A stretch of 64,000 bases of DNA, taken from the NCBI GenBank assembly GCA_964436745.1, contig CAYTEC010000003.1, positions 5,879 through 69,878 on the forward strand, in the 5' to 3' direction. Positions 26,798-35,339 of the stretch are shown here, piece after piece; the stretch's first letter is position 1; every line of letters starts with the position of its first letter. Source of the stretch: an uncultured Dehalococcoidia bacterium (GTDB lineage Bacteria; Chloroflexota; Dehalococcoidia; Lucifugimonadales; UBA1127). The translations under genes were made by a program, and so were the position numbers. The notes under the pieces were generated by a model. It was not told where the DNA came from. It saw nothing but the letters and a program-made list of their open reading frames with translations, and searched no databases.

Positions 26798-28681
26798 ATG
26801 GAACCCGAGAGCACGCAGCTCAGGGAACGGCTGGCCTCCCTCCCGGAACGACCGGGCGTCTACCTCTTCAAGGACGCCTCCAGCCGCTTCCTGTATGTAG
26901 GCAAGGCCGCAAACCTGCGCAACCGGGTTCGCAGCTACTTCGGCGCGCCCCTCGGACTGGCGCCCAAGGTGCGGCGGATGGTGCAGTGGGCCAGTGACTT
27001 CGAGTTCGTGGTCACGGACTCGGAGAGCGAAGCCCTGATCCTTGAAAACACCCTCATCAAGCGCCACCATCCCCGGTTCAATACCCGGCTCCGGGATGAC
27101 AAGACCTACCCATTCATCAAGATCGATCTTCGAGAGGACTTCCCGCTCGTCTACTTCACCCGCGCGGTGCGGAACGACGGTGCGCGGTACTTCGGCCCCT
27201 TCGCCAACGCCGGCTCCGTACGCCGCACCCTTGACCTGCTGAAGAAGCTCTTCCCCTACCGCTCGTGCACCAAGGTAATCACCGGGACCGACGCCCGCCC
27301 ATGCCTGGAGTACGACATCGGTCGGTGCGTGGCGCCGTGCGCCGGCCACGCCAGTCGAGAGGAGTACGGTCATGTCATCCGCCAGGTCCTCATGTTCCTG
27401 GACGGGAACACGACGGAGGTAGTCAAACAACTTCGCTCCCGCATGACGCTGGCAGCCGGGACGCTCGACTACGAGCGGGCGGCGCGCATTCGGGACCAGA
27501 TCCAGGCCATCCAGCGGGTGGGCGAGGAGCAGAAGGTGGCATCGAGCCGAGGCAAGGACTCGGACATCATCGCCATCGCCCAGGAGAGAGACGAGGCGTG
27601 GGTGGAGGCCTTCTTCGTGCGTGAGGGCAAGCTGGTGGGCCGCGACCGCTTCATCATGGACGGCACCCAGGACGAGGCGCCCGCCCACGTGCTGACCAAC
27701 TTCCTCAAGCAATTCTACGCCCGCGCCTCGTCGATCCCGTCCCTGGTGCTCACGCAGCACCCGGTGGAAGACGCCGACCTCGTGACGACGTGGCTCTCCG
27801 CCAGGCGGGGGGGCCCGGTCGCCCTGCGGGTTCCCGTCCGCGGGGAGAACCGTCGGCTCATGGCAATGGTAGCGGACAACGCCGCCCAGGGGCTGAGCGT
27901 GAGCCGCCTCCGACGCTCCTCCGACCGCGAAGCACTGGACTCGGCGCTCCGCGAGCTTCAGGAGGCACTCAGCCTCCCGCGCCCCCCCAAGCGCATCGAG
28001 TGCTACGACATCTCCAACATCCGCGGGACCGACGCCGTGGGGAGCATGGTGGTCTTCCAGGACGGCAGGCCGCGGAAGGAGCACTACCGACGCTTCAGGG
28101 TCAAGACTGTCGACGAGATCGACGACTACGCGATGATGCGCGAGGTTCTCACGAGGCGCTTCGGGCGGCTGGCGAAGGACGGCGCGCTCGTGACGCCGGC
28201 CGTTGACCACGACGGCCAGCCGAGCGACGGAGATGGGCAGACGTGGGGCATCGTCCCCGACCTGGTGCTGATCGACGGCGGAAAGGGACACCTCTCGGCA
28301 GTCCTTGGGGTCTTTCTGGACCTGGGGGTCTCCACGGAGGCCGTCCCTCTGGCGTCACTCGCCAAGGAAGAAGAGGAGATCTTCATGCCTCACAGCGCGG
28401 AGGCCGTGCTCCTGCCGCGCAACTCCCAAGGACTCTTCCTGGTGCAACGAGTTCGCGACGAGGCCCACCGGTTCGCCATCACGTACCACCGCCAGCTTCG
28501 CTCGAACCGGCAGGTGCGCTCTGAGCTGGAGGGGGTACCGGGCATCGGTCCCAAGCGACGGCGCATGCTGACGCTTCGGTTCGGGGGCGCGGCCGGTGTA
28601 AGGGAGGCGTCGGTTGAGGAGCTTTCGACCGTTCCTGGGATGACCGTGGCGCTGGCCAAGCGCTTGAAGGAGCGCCTGTAG
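26798..28681 (+). CDS. uvrC: excinuclease ABC subunit C
   Basis: The GIY-YIG N-terminus is PGVYLFKDASSRFLYVGKAANLRNRVRSYF. A UVR domain, an RNase H-like endonuclease domain and a C-terminal HhH2 (VPGIGPKRRRML) follow. I chose the internal ATG at 26798. Confidence 0.95.
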   Translation: MEPESTQLRERLASLPERPGVYLFKDASSRFLYVGKAANLRNRVRSYFGAPLGLAPKVRRMVQWASDFEFVVTDSESEALILENTLIKRHHPRFNTRLRDDKTYPFIKIDLREDFPLVYFTRAVRNDGARYFGPFANAGSVRRTLDLLKKLFPYRSCTKVITGTDARPCLEYDIGRCVAPCAGHASREEYGHVIRQVLMFLDGNTTEVVKQLRSRMTLAAGTLDYERAARIRDQIQAIQRVGEEQKVASSRGKDSDIIAIAQERDEAWVEAFFVREGKLVGRDRFIMDGTQDEAPAHVLTNFLKQFYARASSIPSLVLTQHPVEDADLVTTWLSARRGGPVALRVPVRGENRRLMAMVADNAAQGLSVSRLRRSSDREALDSALRELQEALSLPRPPKRIECYDISNIRGTDAVGSMVVFQDGRPRKEHYRRFRVKTVDEIDDYAMMREVLTRRFGRLAKDGALVTPAVDHDGQPSDGDGQTWGIVPDLVLIDGGKGHLSAVLGVFLDLGVSTEAVPLASLAKEEEEIFMPHSAEAVLLPRNSQGLFLVQRVRDEAHRFAITYHRQLRSNRQVRSELEGVPGIGPKRRRMLTLRFGGAAGVREASVEELSTVPGMTVALAKRLKERL

Positions 28682-28682
28682 C

Positions 28683-29384
28683 ATGAACACCCTTCGGCAG
28701 AATGGCATCTCCCGGATCTGGCACACCGCCCCTCTCCACTATCTCGGCTTCATCGCGCGCTCCCGAGCGCTGAAGAGCAAGGCTCGCCTCCGATCCGAAG
28801 GCTTCGAGGAGTGGCACTTCCGCTCCACCACCCATGCCACGGATGAGCGTCTGGGTTTCTCAAATGTTGTCCACCTGTTCAATCGCCGAGGACCGCGGAT
28901 CCTTCTCCAGAAGCTGCAATGGGGATTACCTCACGTCGAGATATCAGTGCCTGCACATACGCTGGAGGGAGACGCATACCTCTTGTGCTGGTACAACGTG
29001 GCACGGAATCGGGGTACGTTCATTGAAGATCCGTCCCGAGGGTATATCCAGTCACCGTTCCGCCTTCCGGTCGCACTGACAGTAGGCGAGAAGCACTCCC
29101 TGCTCCGGAGCACAACGTCCGCAAGGCATGTGGAGGTCCTTGTCACGGACGCCCTGCAGCTACCGGACGAGACAGAGGTGACCGTGTTCGGTGAGTGGGA
29201 CATGGGCGTGACTCGGGAAGTGCTGCGCGGGTTGGGACTACCGTGGGAGGTCGCGCATCGCACCCACATCGCTTACGGCCCTTCCCTGAGCCGCCGACTG
29301 GAGGTAGAGGAGTTCCTGCACCGCTCAATCAGTGACGCTGGCTGGCGTGGGGATGGAATGGAGTACGACAGAAGGCGCCTGTAA
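28683..29384 (+). CDS. hypothetical protein, candidate DarT-like (DUF4433-type) ADP-ribosyltransferase
   Basis: The ATG is 1 nt after the uvrC TAG, with AAGGAG 11 nt upstream. G+C is lower (57% in 28841-28900). The ordered motifs are IWHTAPLHYLGFIARSRAL, HFRS, VVHLFNRRGPRILL and ARHVEVLVTDALQLPDETEVTVF. That it is a gene is well supported; the family call is from memory of DarT motif order only. Confidence 0.5.
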   Translation: MNTLRQNGISRIWHTAPLHYLGFIARSRALKSKARLRSEGFEEWHFRSTTHATDERLGFSNVVHLFNRRGPRILLQKLQWGLPHVEISVPAHTLEGDAYLLCWYNVARNRGTFIEDPSRGYIQSPFRLPVALTVGEKHSLLRSTTSARHVEVLVTDALQLPDETEVTVFGEWDMGVTREVLRGLGLPWEVAHRTHIAYGPSLSRRLEVEEFLHRSISDAGWRGDGMEYDRRRL

Positions 29385-29409
29385 GGGTGCGTCCGCCCCC
29401 CAGCCTCGC

Positions 29410-29958
29410 CTATCTGGCCGAGACGGCCTCGACGCCCAGATTCAGCCGGTTCCGCACCTGCCACAGGAGCATGGAGGCGTCGCCCCGAGGGTGGGGCTGG
29501 AGCCCCCTGGACCTCAGCAACTCCCGTAGCTCCTCCAAAGATGCGATCGTGCGGGCCGAGCCGTCCTCCAGGGTCACCTGGGGAAACCGATCGTGGAACC
29601 AGCGCGGCCTCCGGGTGCGTCGCGCAGGCGCGGCCGCAGTCACTGAGGGAGCAGGAGCAGGCGCGGGCACCGCAGCCGTCACTGTGGCAACAGGAGCGGG
29701 GGCGTGCGCCTGTAGCGGCGGTCCCCCGGCTCTGTCCTCATGGACTGGCGCCTGTGCTGGCACTTCGGGCGGCGCGGCCTGGAAGCGCTCGGGCGCATCG
29801 GGAGCGGCCACCACAGAGACGGCGGAGACAGCAGCTAGCTCACGGCGGCGCATCTCCAGGATCTGGGCCGCCACGGCCAGGTAGTCCTCCGTCTCAGGCG
29901 CCCGCAATAGGACGTCCCCGAAAGAAACTTGGACCGTGCCCCGCACTCGCTCTTCCAT
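29410..29958 (-). CDS. hypothetical protein (182 aa) with a central Pro/Ala-rich linker
   Basis: It has its own TTGACA/TATCCT promoter placing the ATG at the predicted transcription start, and high GC3 in this frame. The N-terminus is MEERVRGTVQVSFGDVLLRAPETEDYLAVAAQILEMRRREL. The C-terminus is RWFHDRFPQVTLEDGSARTIASLEELRELLRSRG. Confidence 0.6.
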   Translation of the reverse strand: MEERVRGTVQVSFGDVLLRAPETEDYLAVAAQILEMRRRELAAVSAVSVVAAPDAPERFQAAPPEVPAQAPVHEDRAGGPPLQAHAPAPVATVTAAVPAPAPAPSVTAAAPARRTRRPRWFHDRFPQVTLEDGSARTIASLEELRELLRSRGLQPHPRGDASMLLWQVRNRLNLGVEAVSAR

Positions 29959-29965
29959 GGCAATC

Positions 29966-30010
29966 AGGATAGAGCCGGTGAGACGCCTCTGTCAAGTGGC
30001 GCCTCACCGG
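29966..30010 (-). promoter_or_regulatory. consensus -35 promoter (leaderless) flanked by an 8-bp inverted repeat
   Basis: The minus strand reads TTGACA (29995-29990), an 18-nt spacer, TATCCT (29971-29966), 7 nt, then the ATG at 29958. CCGGTGAG (29975-29982) and CTCACCGG (30003-30010) bracket the -35 box. Confidence 0.5.
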
Positions 30011-30116
30011 CGACTGCCCAAGTCACGGCACCGTCTCTCACCGCCCTGAGAGTCGCGCAGTGGCGACGCGTGTGTCGCGCAGGCGGGACCAGAGCGCCAC
30101 GGTGTCGCTCGAGTGG

Positions 30117-30641
30117 CTATCGGAGACGTCGCTCCGCGCGACGCGCGCACGACCCCCGAGGGAACACGCGACTGCGAGAAGCCCTGTCCTCAATAGCCTG
30201 GCGCAGCTCGTCGCCGTGGTCCCGGAGGAGCCTGGCGAGGACGAAGCGTATCACCAGCGCACCCACGGCCCATCCAAGAAGCCAACCTCGGAGTCCGAAC
30301 GTGCTCTCATGCCGGACCAGTGTGCAGCCGTCGTCTGCCTCCAGGATGATCCGTTCGTGCAACAGGGCCAGGGGACCCTCCACTCCATCGAACTCGATCA
30401 GGTCCGGCTCGCGAAGGGACACCCGCTCCAGGGTGCGGAAGACCCGCTCACGCCCCAGGAGACCTCGCCCGGGGGTATGGAACTCGACGAGCAGCCGATC
30501 CCCCTCCCGGGAGACCACCCGGCTCGCGGCGCCCTCCTCTCCGGCAGCGGCGCCGAACGCCGTGAGCACCTGGAACGCCAGACGCCGATCCGCGTTGACG
30601 TGCATCGATATCGGTTTCAGCCTAATGGGGATGACCGACAC
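30117..30641 (-). CDS. SRPBCC (START/polyketide cyclase-like) family protein with a C-terminal hydrophobic helix
   Basis: ISMHVNADRRLAFQVLTAFG...VVSREGDRLLVEFHT...LIEFDGVEGPLALLHERIILEADDGCTLVRHESTF has the typical SRPBCC strand/helix order. The start is GTG 30641 (or ATG 30605). The rest of track ORF 30117..31064 looks non-coding. Confidence 0.6.
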   Translation of the reverse strand: MSVIPIRLKPISMHVNADRRLAFQVLTAFGAAAGEEGAASRVVSREGDRLLVEFHTPGRGLLGRERVFRTLERVSLREPDLIEFDGVEGPLALLHERIILEADDGCTLVRHESTFGLRGWLLGWAVGALVIRFVLARLLRDHGDELRQAIEDRASRSRVFPRGSCARRAERRLR

Positions 30642-30912
30642 TGGACTCCTCAATCCGCGCGGCCTCCACGGCCACGCTCGGTAATGCCCAATAGATGCCC
30701 CACGGACAGAAGAGGGTGCGCGACATCTCGGCGCGCCACGCCACGGTCCGCCCACCTGCCACCCTGGCCCCACGGGGCCGCCACCGGCGAGAGTGTGCGC
30801 CACGGGAACCGCTCCAGCCAAGCGGCGCCGCCGCGCGCCCTGGCACCGACCATGCCCGTACCTGCATCTGAACGGGTGGCGGACCCTACCGGGGGCGCAG
30901 CAGGAGGCATCG

Positions 30913-31278
30913 ATGGCGCGGACGCACGAGGGACAGGGGCTCGCGGCCACACTCCGCATCGGGCTGCTGGGCGGATTCGTAAGCATCCTCTGCTGCGTGT
31001 CGCCGGTGGTTCTGGTGCTGGTGGGCGTGGTGTCTGCCGGAGCCGCCGTGGAGCTGGGCGACACGCTCTACTACGACTATGGCTGGTACTTTCGGGGGGC
31101 CGGCGCCCTGGTAGCCGGGGTGGCCATCTGGTGGCACCTCAGGCGGCCGCGGGCCTGCCGGACCGATCGGACCTTCTACACGCGGCAGCTGGCGATCCTG
31201 CTTGGGAGCGGCGTCGCGGCCTACGCGGGGCTCTTCTGGTTCACCAAGTGGCTGGGCATCGCCTTCGGCGGAGAGTGA
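30913..31278 (+). CDS. MerT-like small membrane protein (vicinal Cys-Cys in TM1)
   Basis: AGGAGG lies 5 nt before the ATG at 30913. There are 3 predicted TM segments. TM1 FVSILCCVSPVVLVLVG, followed by WWHLRRPRACRTD, parallels the MerT layout (CC in TM1, Cys in the cytosolic loop). Confidence 0.55.
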   Translation: MARTHEGQGLAATLRIGLLGGFVSILCCVSPVVLVLVGVVSAGAAVELGDTLYYDYGWYFRGAGALVAGVAIWWHLRRPRACRTDRTFYTRQLAILLGSGVAAYAGLFWFTKWLGIAFGGE

Positions 31279-31300
31279 GCCGCGACCCCGCGGGCGGACG

Positions 31301-32626
31301 CTACATCGTCGGCGCCTCCTGAGCGGCGGCGGGCAGCCACGGAGGCCGGGCAAGGATCGTCAACGGGATGACTGCCGCGGTGATTCCCATAACGATGTAA
31401 ATTGCGATGGAGTAGGAGCCCGTAAGGTCGAAGACGCCGCCCAAAAGCACTGGCGCGACCACCCCACTCAGAACCGTCGCGCTCTGGCTGAGGCCCTGGA
31501 TGGCTCCGAAGTGCCTCGTGCCAAAGTAGCTGCTAATGATGACCGCCCGGGAGGGCATCATGCCCCCGAAGGCGATGCCGTAGAGCAGGGCAAAGGGGAA
31601 TACCATCCAGTACGCAGTGATGTTCGCCATGATCAGAAAGGCGATAGACTGGCATGCTAGGAGGCCGGCCAGGACCAGGCGCCGATCGAACATGTCCATC
31701 GCCCAGCCGCCCCCCAAGCGGCCGATGGTGCTGAGCACAGTGAAGTAGGCCAGCACAGAGGCCGCCTGAGCGGTGGTGAAGCCAATGCTCTCGAAGTATG
31801 GGATCAGGTGGACCATGAGGCCGCTGACCCCCATGGTCTGTGCGCCAAAGACGAGAGTGAGGATCCAGAAGGCGGGAGTCCGCAGGGCTTCCTTCACCGT
31901 CAGGCTGCCACTGCCTTCGTCGGGCGCTACCGACTGGGGAGCGTCCCCCGACGCCGCCTCGCTGGGCGCCTCCTTCGGCGGGTCGCCGTCGGGGAGGTAG
32001 CCGTACTGCTGGGGCCGTCCACGGTAGACCATGGCGAGGGGGAGGCAGAGCACCCACGTTGCCACGCCCAGGATGCGGAAAGACTGCATCAACCCGAACG
32101 ACTCGACCATCCAGACCAGGATGAAGAGTAATGGGCCACTGACGACCGCGCCGGTAGCGCCTATGCCAAGGGCCCGTCCCCGAAGCCGCCGGAACCACTG
32201 GACGATGGCCCAGTTGCGGGGGATGCCGACGCTCGCACTCGTGCCTATGGAGACTACCAGAGCTACCCCGTAGAACATCCAGATCGACCCGACTGTTTCG
32301 AGGTACGAAAGGGCAAAGAGACCTGCCCCAAGGATGGCGACGCCCGATACGACCAGTTTGCGTGGGCCGTACCGGTCCACAAGGAACCCTTCAATGGGCT
32401 GGATGATGCTGCCTTCAAGACGCTGCAGAGAGAAGGCAAAGGATAGGGCGGTCCTGCTCCAGCCGAAGGCTGCCGTGAGAGGGGTGAAGAAGACCTGCAT
32501 CCCGTAAATCCAGGCGAGGCTGATCCAGAGGTGGATGCCCATCCCCGCCGCGACGATGTACCAGCCATAGAAGATGCGACGATGCTTGACCCCGGTCTGC
32601 CCTCCGGCCTGCTCGCCCACGCTCAC
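31301..32626 (-). CDS. MFS transporter
   Basis: 441 aa with about 12 TM segments. The GTG start has GGGAGG 5 nt upstream. A TTGACG-17-TATCCT promoter-like sequence lies about 90 nt upstream. Confidence 0.85.
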   Translation of the reverse strand: MSVGEQAGGQTGVKHRRIFYGWYIVAAGMGIHLWISLAWIYGMQVFFTPLTAAFGWSRTALSFAFSLQRLEGSIIQPIEGFLVDRYGPRKLVVSGVAILGAGLFALSYLETVGSIWMFYGVALVVSIGTSASVGIPRNWAIVQWFRRLRGRALGIGATGAVVSGPLLFILVWMVESFGLMQSFRILGVATWVLCLPLAMVYRGRPQQYGYLPDGDPPKEAPSEAASGDAPQSVAPDEGSGSLTVKEALRTPAFWILTLVFGAQTMGVSGLMVHLIPYFESIGFTTAQAASVLAYFTVLSTIGRLGGGWAMDMFDRRLVLAGLLACQSIAFLIMANITAYWMVFPFALLYGIAFGGMMPSRAVIISSYFGTRHFGAIQGLSQSATVLSGVVAPVLLGGVFDLTGSYSIAIYIVMGITAAVIPLTILARPPWLPAAAQEAPTM

Positions 32627-32877
32627 TCACGCCTCCCGCCAGCCGCCCTAGCTCCCGCGCGGACTTATGTCGCACAGGCCCGCCGGGTCGAGCCGGGGGC
32701 AGGATACGCCCGCGACGCCGTCGCGTCAAAGCGAGGCGGCAACATACGTGGGGGGGGACCGGAGCCCAACTCGTCGGCGGACGGACGCGACCGCACGAGG
32801 AGCACGGTCGGCCCGGCTGAGCGAGATGCCGGCGTGGGCGATGGGGCCGCGGCGCAGGAATTGGAGCGGCGGCTACT

Positions 32878-34002
32878 TCACCATTGCACGAACATGGGCA
32901 TGACAACGTGAACATAGCCGTCCGAGCTGGCCGGACGGAGCACGCCCGGGCTCGACGGTGTGGTCACTTCGAGGGCGACCTGCTCGTCGTCAATGGCCCC
33001 AAGAACATCCTGGAGGTACTTGGAATTGAAGGCAACCTTCGCCTCGCCCCCCTCCACGGTGGCGTCCAGTTCCGCCACGTTCTCTCCCACCTCTTCCACT
33101 CTCGCCTGTACCTGGAGCACCCCAGGCGAGCCGGGCTGGATGTGGAGCCGGACGATTCCTGACCCGTCCCGGGCGAAGATGGCGGCGGCGCGGGCGGCGC
33201 GCATGAAATCCTGAACCTTGAGCTCCGCCCGGGTAGCGTAGCTCTGTGGGATGAGCTGACTGTAGTTGGGAAAGGTACCCTGAATCATCTGGGACACCAT
33301 CTCCACGTTCTTCGGCCGGAACATGACCTGCCCCCGCTCCGGCGCGAGCGTGATCTCAACCGGCTCCTCTTGGTCTCCCAGCAGGCGGCTCAGTTCGTTC
33401 ATGGTGCGCGCGGGGATGATGACGCTCGCCTCGCTCGCGATGGGCGACAGCAGCTTGCCGTGATGCACCGCAAGGCGGAAGCCGTCGGCGGTCGCGGCGG
33501 TGAACCGGTCGTCCTCGAACTCCAGCTTCACCCCGGTCAGCACGGGCCGTGAATCCTCGGTCGCGGCCGCAAACCCCACCTGGTTGATGGCGGTGCGCAG
33601 CGCCTTCGCCTCCACCTGTACGGTGAGACCTTCGGTCACGGTGGGCACGGGCGGGAACTCCTCGGGGTCCGTGCCGATGATGCGAGCCTCGAACCGAGCG
33701 CAGCTCAGCTGAAGCGACCGGGGCTGCGTCGTGGCCGTCATGTCGACCCGCTCGTTGGGAAGCGAGCCCACGAACTCCGCCAGCAGCCGGGCCGGGATCG
33801 TGAGCGACCCCTCCTCCTCAACCTGCGCGCCGACCCAGGTGGTGATCGCAACCTCCAGGTTGGTCGCGCTGAGCTTCAGCCTGCCCTGGTCGGTCTGGAG
33901 CAGAATGTTCTGGGTGATGGGCAGCGTCGTCCGCGTGGCGACGGCCCGACTGACGATTGAGAGACCCTTGTTCAGGTTGTCCTGGAGACAGGAAATGCGC
34001 AT
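32878..34002 (-). CDS. dnaN: DNA polymerase III subunit beta (sliding clamp)
   Basis: MRISCLQDNLNKGLSIVSRAVATRTTLPITQNILLQTDQGRLKLSATNLEVAI has the three-domain clamp pattern. 374 aa. Confidence 0.95.
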   Translation of the reverse strand: MRISCLQDNLNKGLSIVSRAVATRTTLPITQNILLQTDQGRLKLSATNLEVAITTWVGAQVEEEGSLTIPARLLAEFVGSLPNERVDMTATTQPRSLQLSCARFEARIIGTDPEEFPPVPTVTEGLTVQVEAKALRTAINQVGFAAATEDSRPVLTGVKLEFEDDRFTAATADGFRLAVHHGKLLSPIASEASVIIPARTMNELSRLLGDQEEPVEITLAPERGQVMFRPKNVEMVSQMIQGTFPNYSQLIPQSYATRAELKVQDFMRAARAAAIFARDGSGIVRLHIQPGSPGVLQVQARVEEVGENVAELDATVEGGEAKVAFNSKYLQDVLGAIDDEQVALEVTTPSSPGVLRPASSDGYVHVVMPMFVQW

Positions 34003-34029
34003 GTCGGCTCCCCGGGAAGAGTAGGTCTG

Positions 34030-34058
34030 AGTATATTGCGCCCCCCCTGAAATCGCAA
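34030..34058 (-). promoter_or_regulatory. putative dnaN promoter
   Basis: The minus strand reads TTGCGA (34058-34053), a 17-nt spacer, then TATACT (34035-34030). GGGGAG lies 6 nt before the ATG at 34002. Confidence 0.45.
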
Positions 34059-34145
34059 TGGTTCGATGCGGCCGGCGCGACCAGTCGGCAGCATCCCCGA
34101 CGGCCCGGTTCCCGTTATAATCGTAGTCGCGCGCAAAGGCCGCCC

Positions 34146-34961
34146 TTGGAACACACGCCGCGACAGGAGGATGCCATCGACCTCGATCGTCTCCGCGATC
34201 TGCTCTCCCGCGTCCAGCGGGGCGACATCGGCGTGACGGACGCGATGGATCGGCTGAGGGACCTCCCCTACGAGGACCTGGGGTTCGCCAAACTGGACCA
34301 CCACCGGACCCTTCGGACGGGGTTTCCCGAGGTGGTGATGGGGCTCGGCAAGAGCCCCGACCAGGTGGCCGAAATCGTCGAGCGCCTGGCGGCCAGGAGC
34401 GATTGCGTGCTCGTAACGCGCGTGGGCGAGGATGCGCTGTCGAGGGTCCGCGAGCGGGTACCCGACGCCGCCTACCACGGGGAGGCCCGCTGCATCGTCG
34501 TGGACCGGCGCGACGCCTGGGAGCCAGTGCCTGGGGTGGTGGTGGCGACGGCCGGGACGGCCGATGTTCCGGTGGCGGAGGAGGCCGCGTTGACGGCGGA
34601 GCTCCTGGGGAGTGGCGTTGAGCGCGTGTATGACGTGGGGGTCGCGGGGCTTCACCGGCTCTTGGACAAGCTCGGCACGCTGCAGGAGGCCCGGGTGATC
34701 GTCGTGGTGGCGGGAATGGAAGGCGCGCTGCCGAGCCTGGTCAGCGGCCTCGTCGGGGCCCCGATCATCGCGGTGCCGACGAGCGTGGGGTACGGAGCCA
34801 GCTTCGATGGCCTGGCCGCCCTCCTGGCCATGCTCAACGGGTGCGCCCCGGGGGTCTCCGTCGTGAACATCGACAACGGCTTCGGCGGCGGCTACCTGGC
34901 GGGCATGATCAACCGCCTCGGGCCTCCGCGCGCCTCCACCGCTCCCCCGACCGTCTCCTAA
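34146..34961 (+). CDS. larB: nickel pincer cofactor biosynthesis protein LarB (AIR carboxylase-like)
   Basis: LGFAKLDHHRTLRTGFPEVVMGLGKS, VVVATAGTADVPVAEEA, VVVAGMEGALPSLVSGL and PIIAVPTSVGYG are present. The start is uncertain: I chose the TTG at 34146, since there is no in-frame ATG nearby. Confidence 0.8.
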   Translation: MEHTPRQEDAIDLDRLRDLLSRVQRGDIGVTDAMDRLRDLPYEDLGFAKLDHHRTLRTGFPEVVMGLGKSPDQVAEIVERLAARSDCVLVTRVGEDALSRVRERVPDAAYHGEARCIVVDRRDAWEPVPGVVVATAGTADVPVAEEAALTAELLGSGVERVYDVGVAGLHRLLDKLGTLQEARVIVVVAGMEGALPSLVSGLVGAPIIAVPTSVGYGASFDGLAALLAMLNGCAPGVSVVNIDNGFGGGYLAGMINRLGPPRASTAPPTVS

Positions 34962-35038
34962 ACCCAGGTTCGCCCGTCCTCGAACGAGCGGACGCGGAAA
35001 GCCCCGGCGCGAACCCAAACGGCCTCGGGCTGTGACGC

Positions 35039-35082
35039 AAAAAGCAGAAGCCCCTGCGCCTCCCCCTCAGTGGCGCAAGGGC
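35039..35082 (-). terminator. intrinsic terminator of the small HTH gene
   Basis: On the minus strand an 11-bp stem (GCCCTTGCGCC / GGCGCAGGGGC, one mismatch) is followed by TTCTGCTTTTTG. It lies 30 nt after the stop at 35112. Confidence 0.55.
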
Positions 35083-35111
35083 TCCCACCCGAGCCGCGAC
35101 TCGAAGCCGGA

Positions 35112-35339
35112 CTAGCCGCTCGAGCGCTTTACCTCCAGGGTCTCGCCGGGAGCCAGCGCCACTCGCCGCACGTTGATTCCCATCTTCAGGAGCCAATAGC
35201 CCACGGTAGCCTTGCTCACTCCGAACTCTTCGGCCGTAGCCGACAGGCCCTTCTCGTTCACGATCTCAGGAAGCAGACGCTCCAGAGGTCGGTTGTACTG
35301 CGTCTCCACCCGAAGCATCAGCGGTGTCTTCCGAACCAT
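35112..35339 (-). CDS. small helix-turn-helix DNA-binding protein (75 aa)
   Basis: GLSATAEEFGVSKATVGYWLLKMGI is a classic HTH. The gene has its own terminator and sits in a lower-GC stretch with an AT-richer upstream region. Confidence 0.6.
   Translation of the reverse strand: MVRKTPLMLRVETQYNRPLERLLPEIVNEKGLSATAEEFGVSKATVGYWLLKMGINVRRVALAPGETLEVKRSSG

Noticed and set aside
28931-29269. 112-aa antisense ORF inside the DarT-like gene as a hidden antitoxin.
   Set aside because: It has a Ser/Thr/Arg-rich non-protein-like composition, no SD or promoter, and is fully embedded antisense. There is no support beyond being open.
32878-34145. Replication origin next to dnaN.
   Set aside because: dnaA is not adjacent; larB is divergent instead. 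I saw no cluster of TTATCCACA-like boxes or an AT-rich unwinding element. The upstream region is explained by an ordinary promoter.
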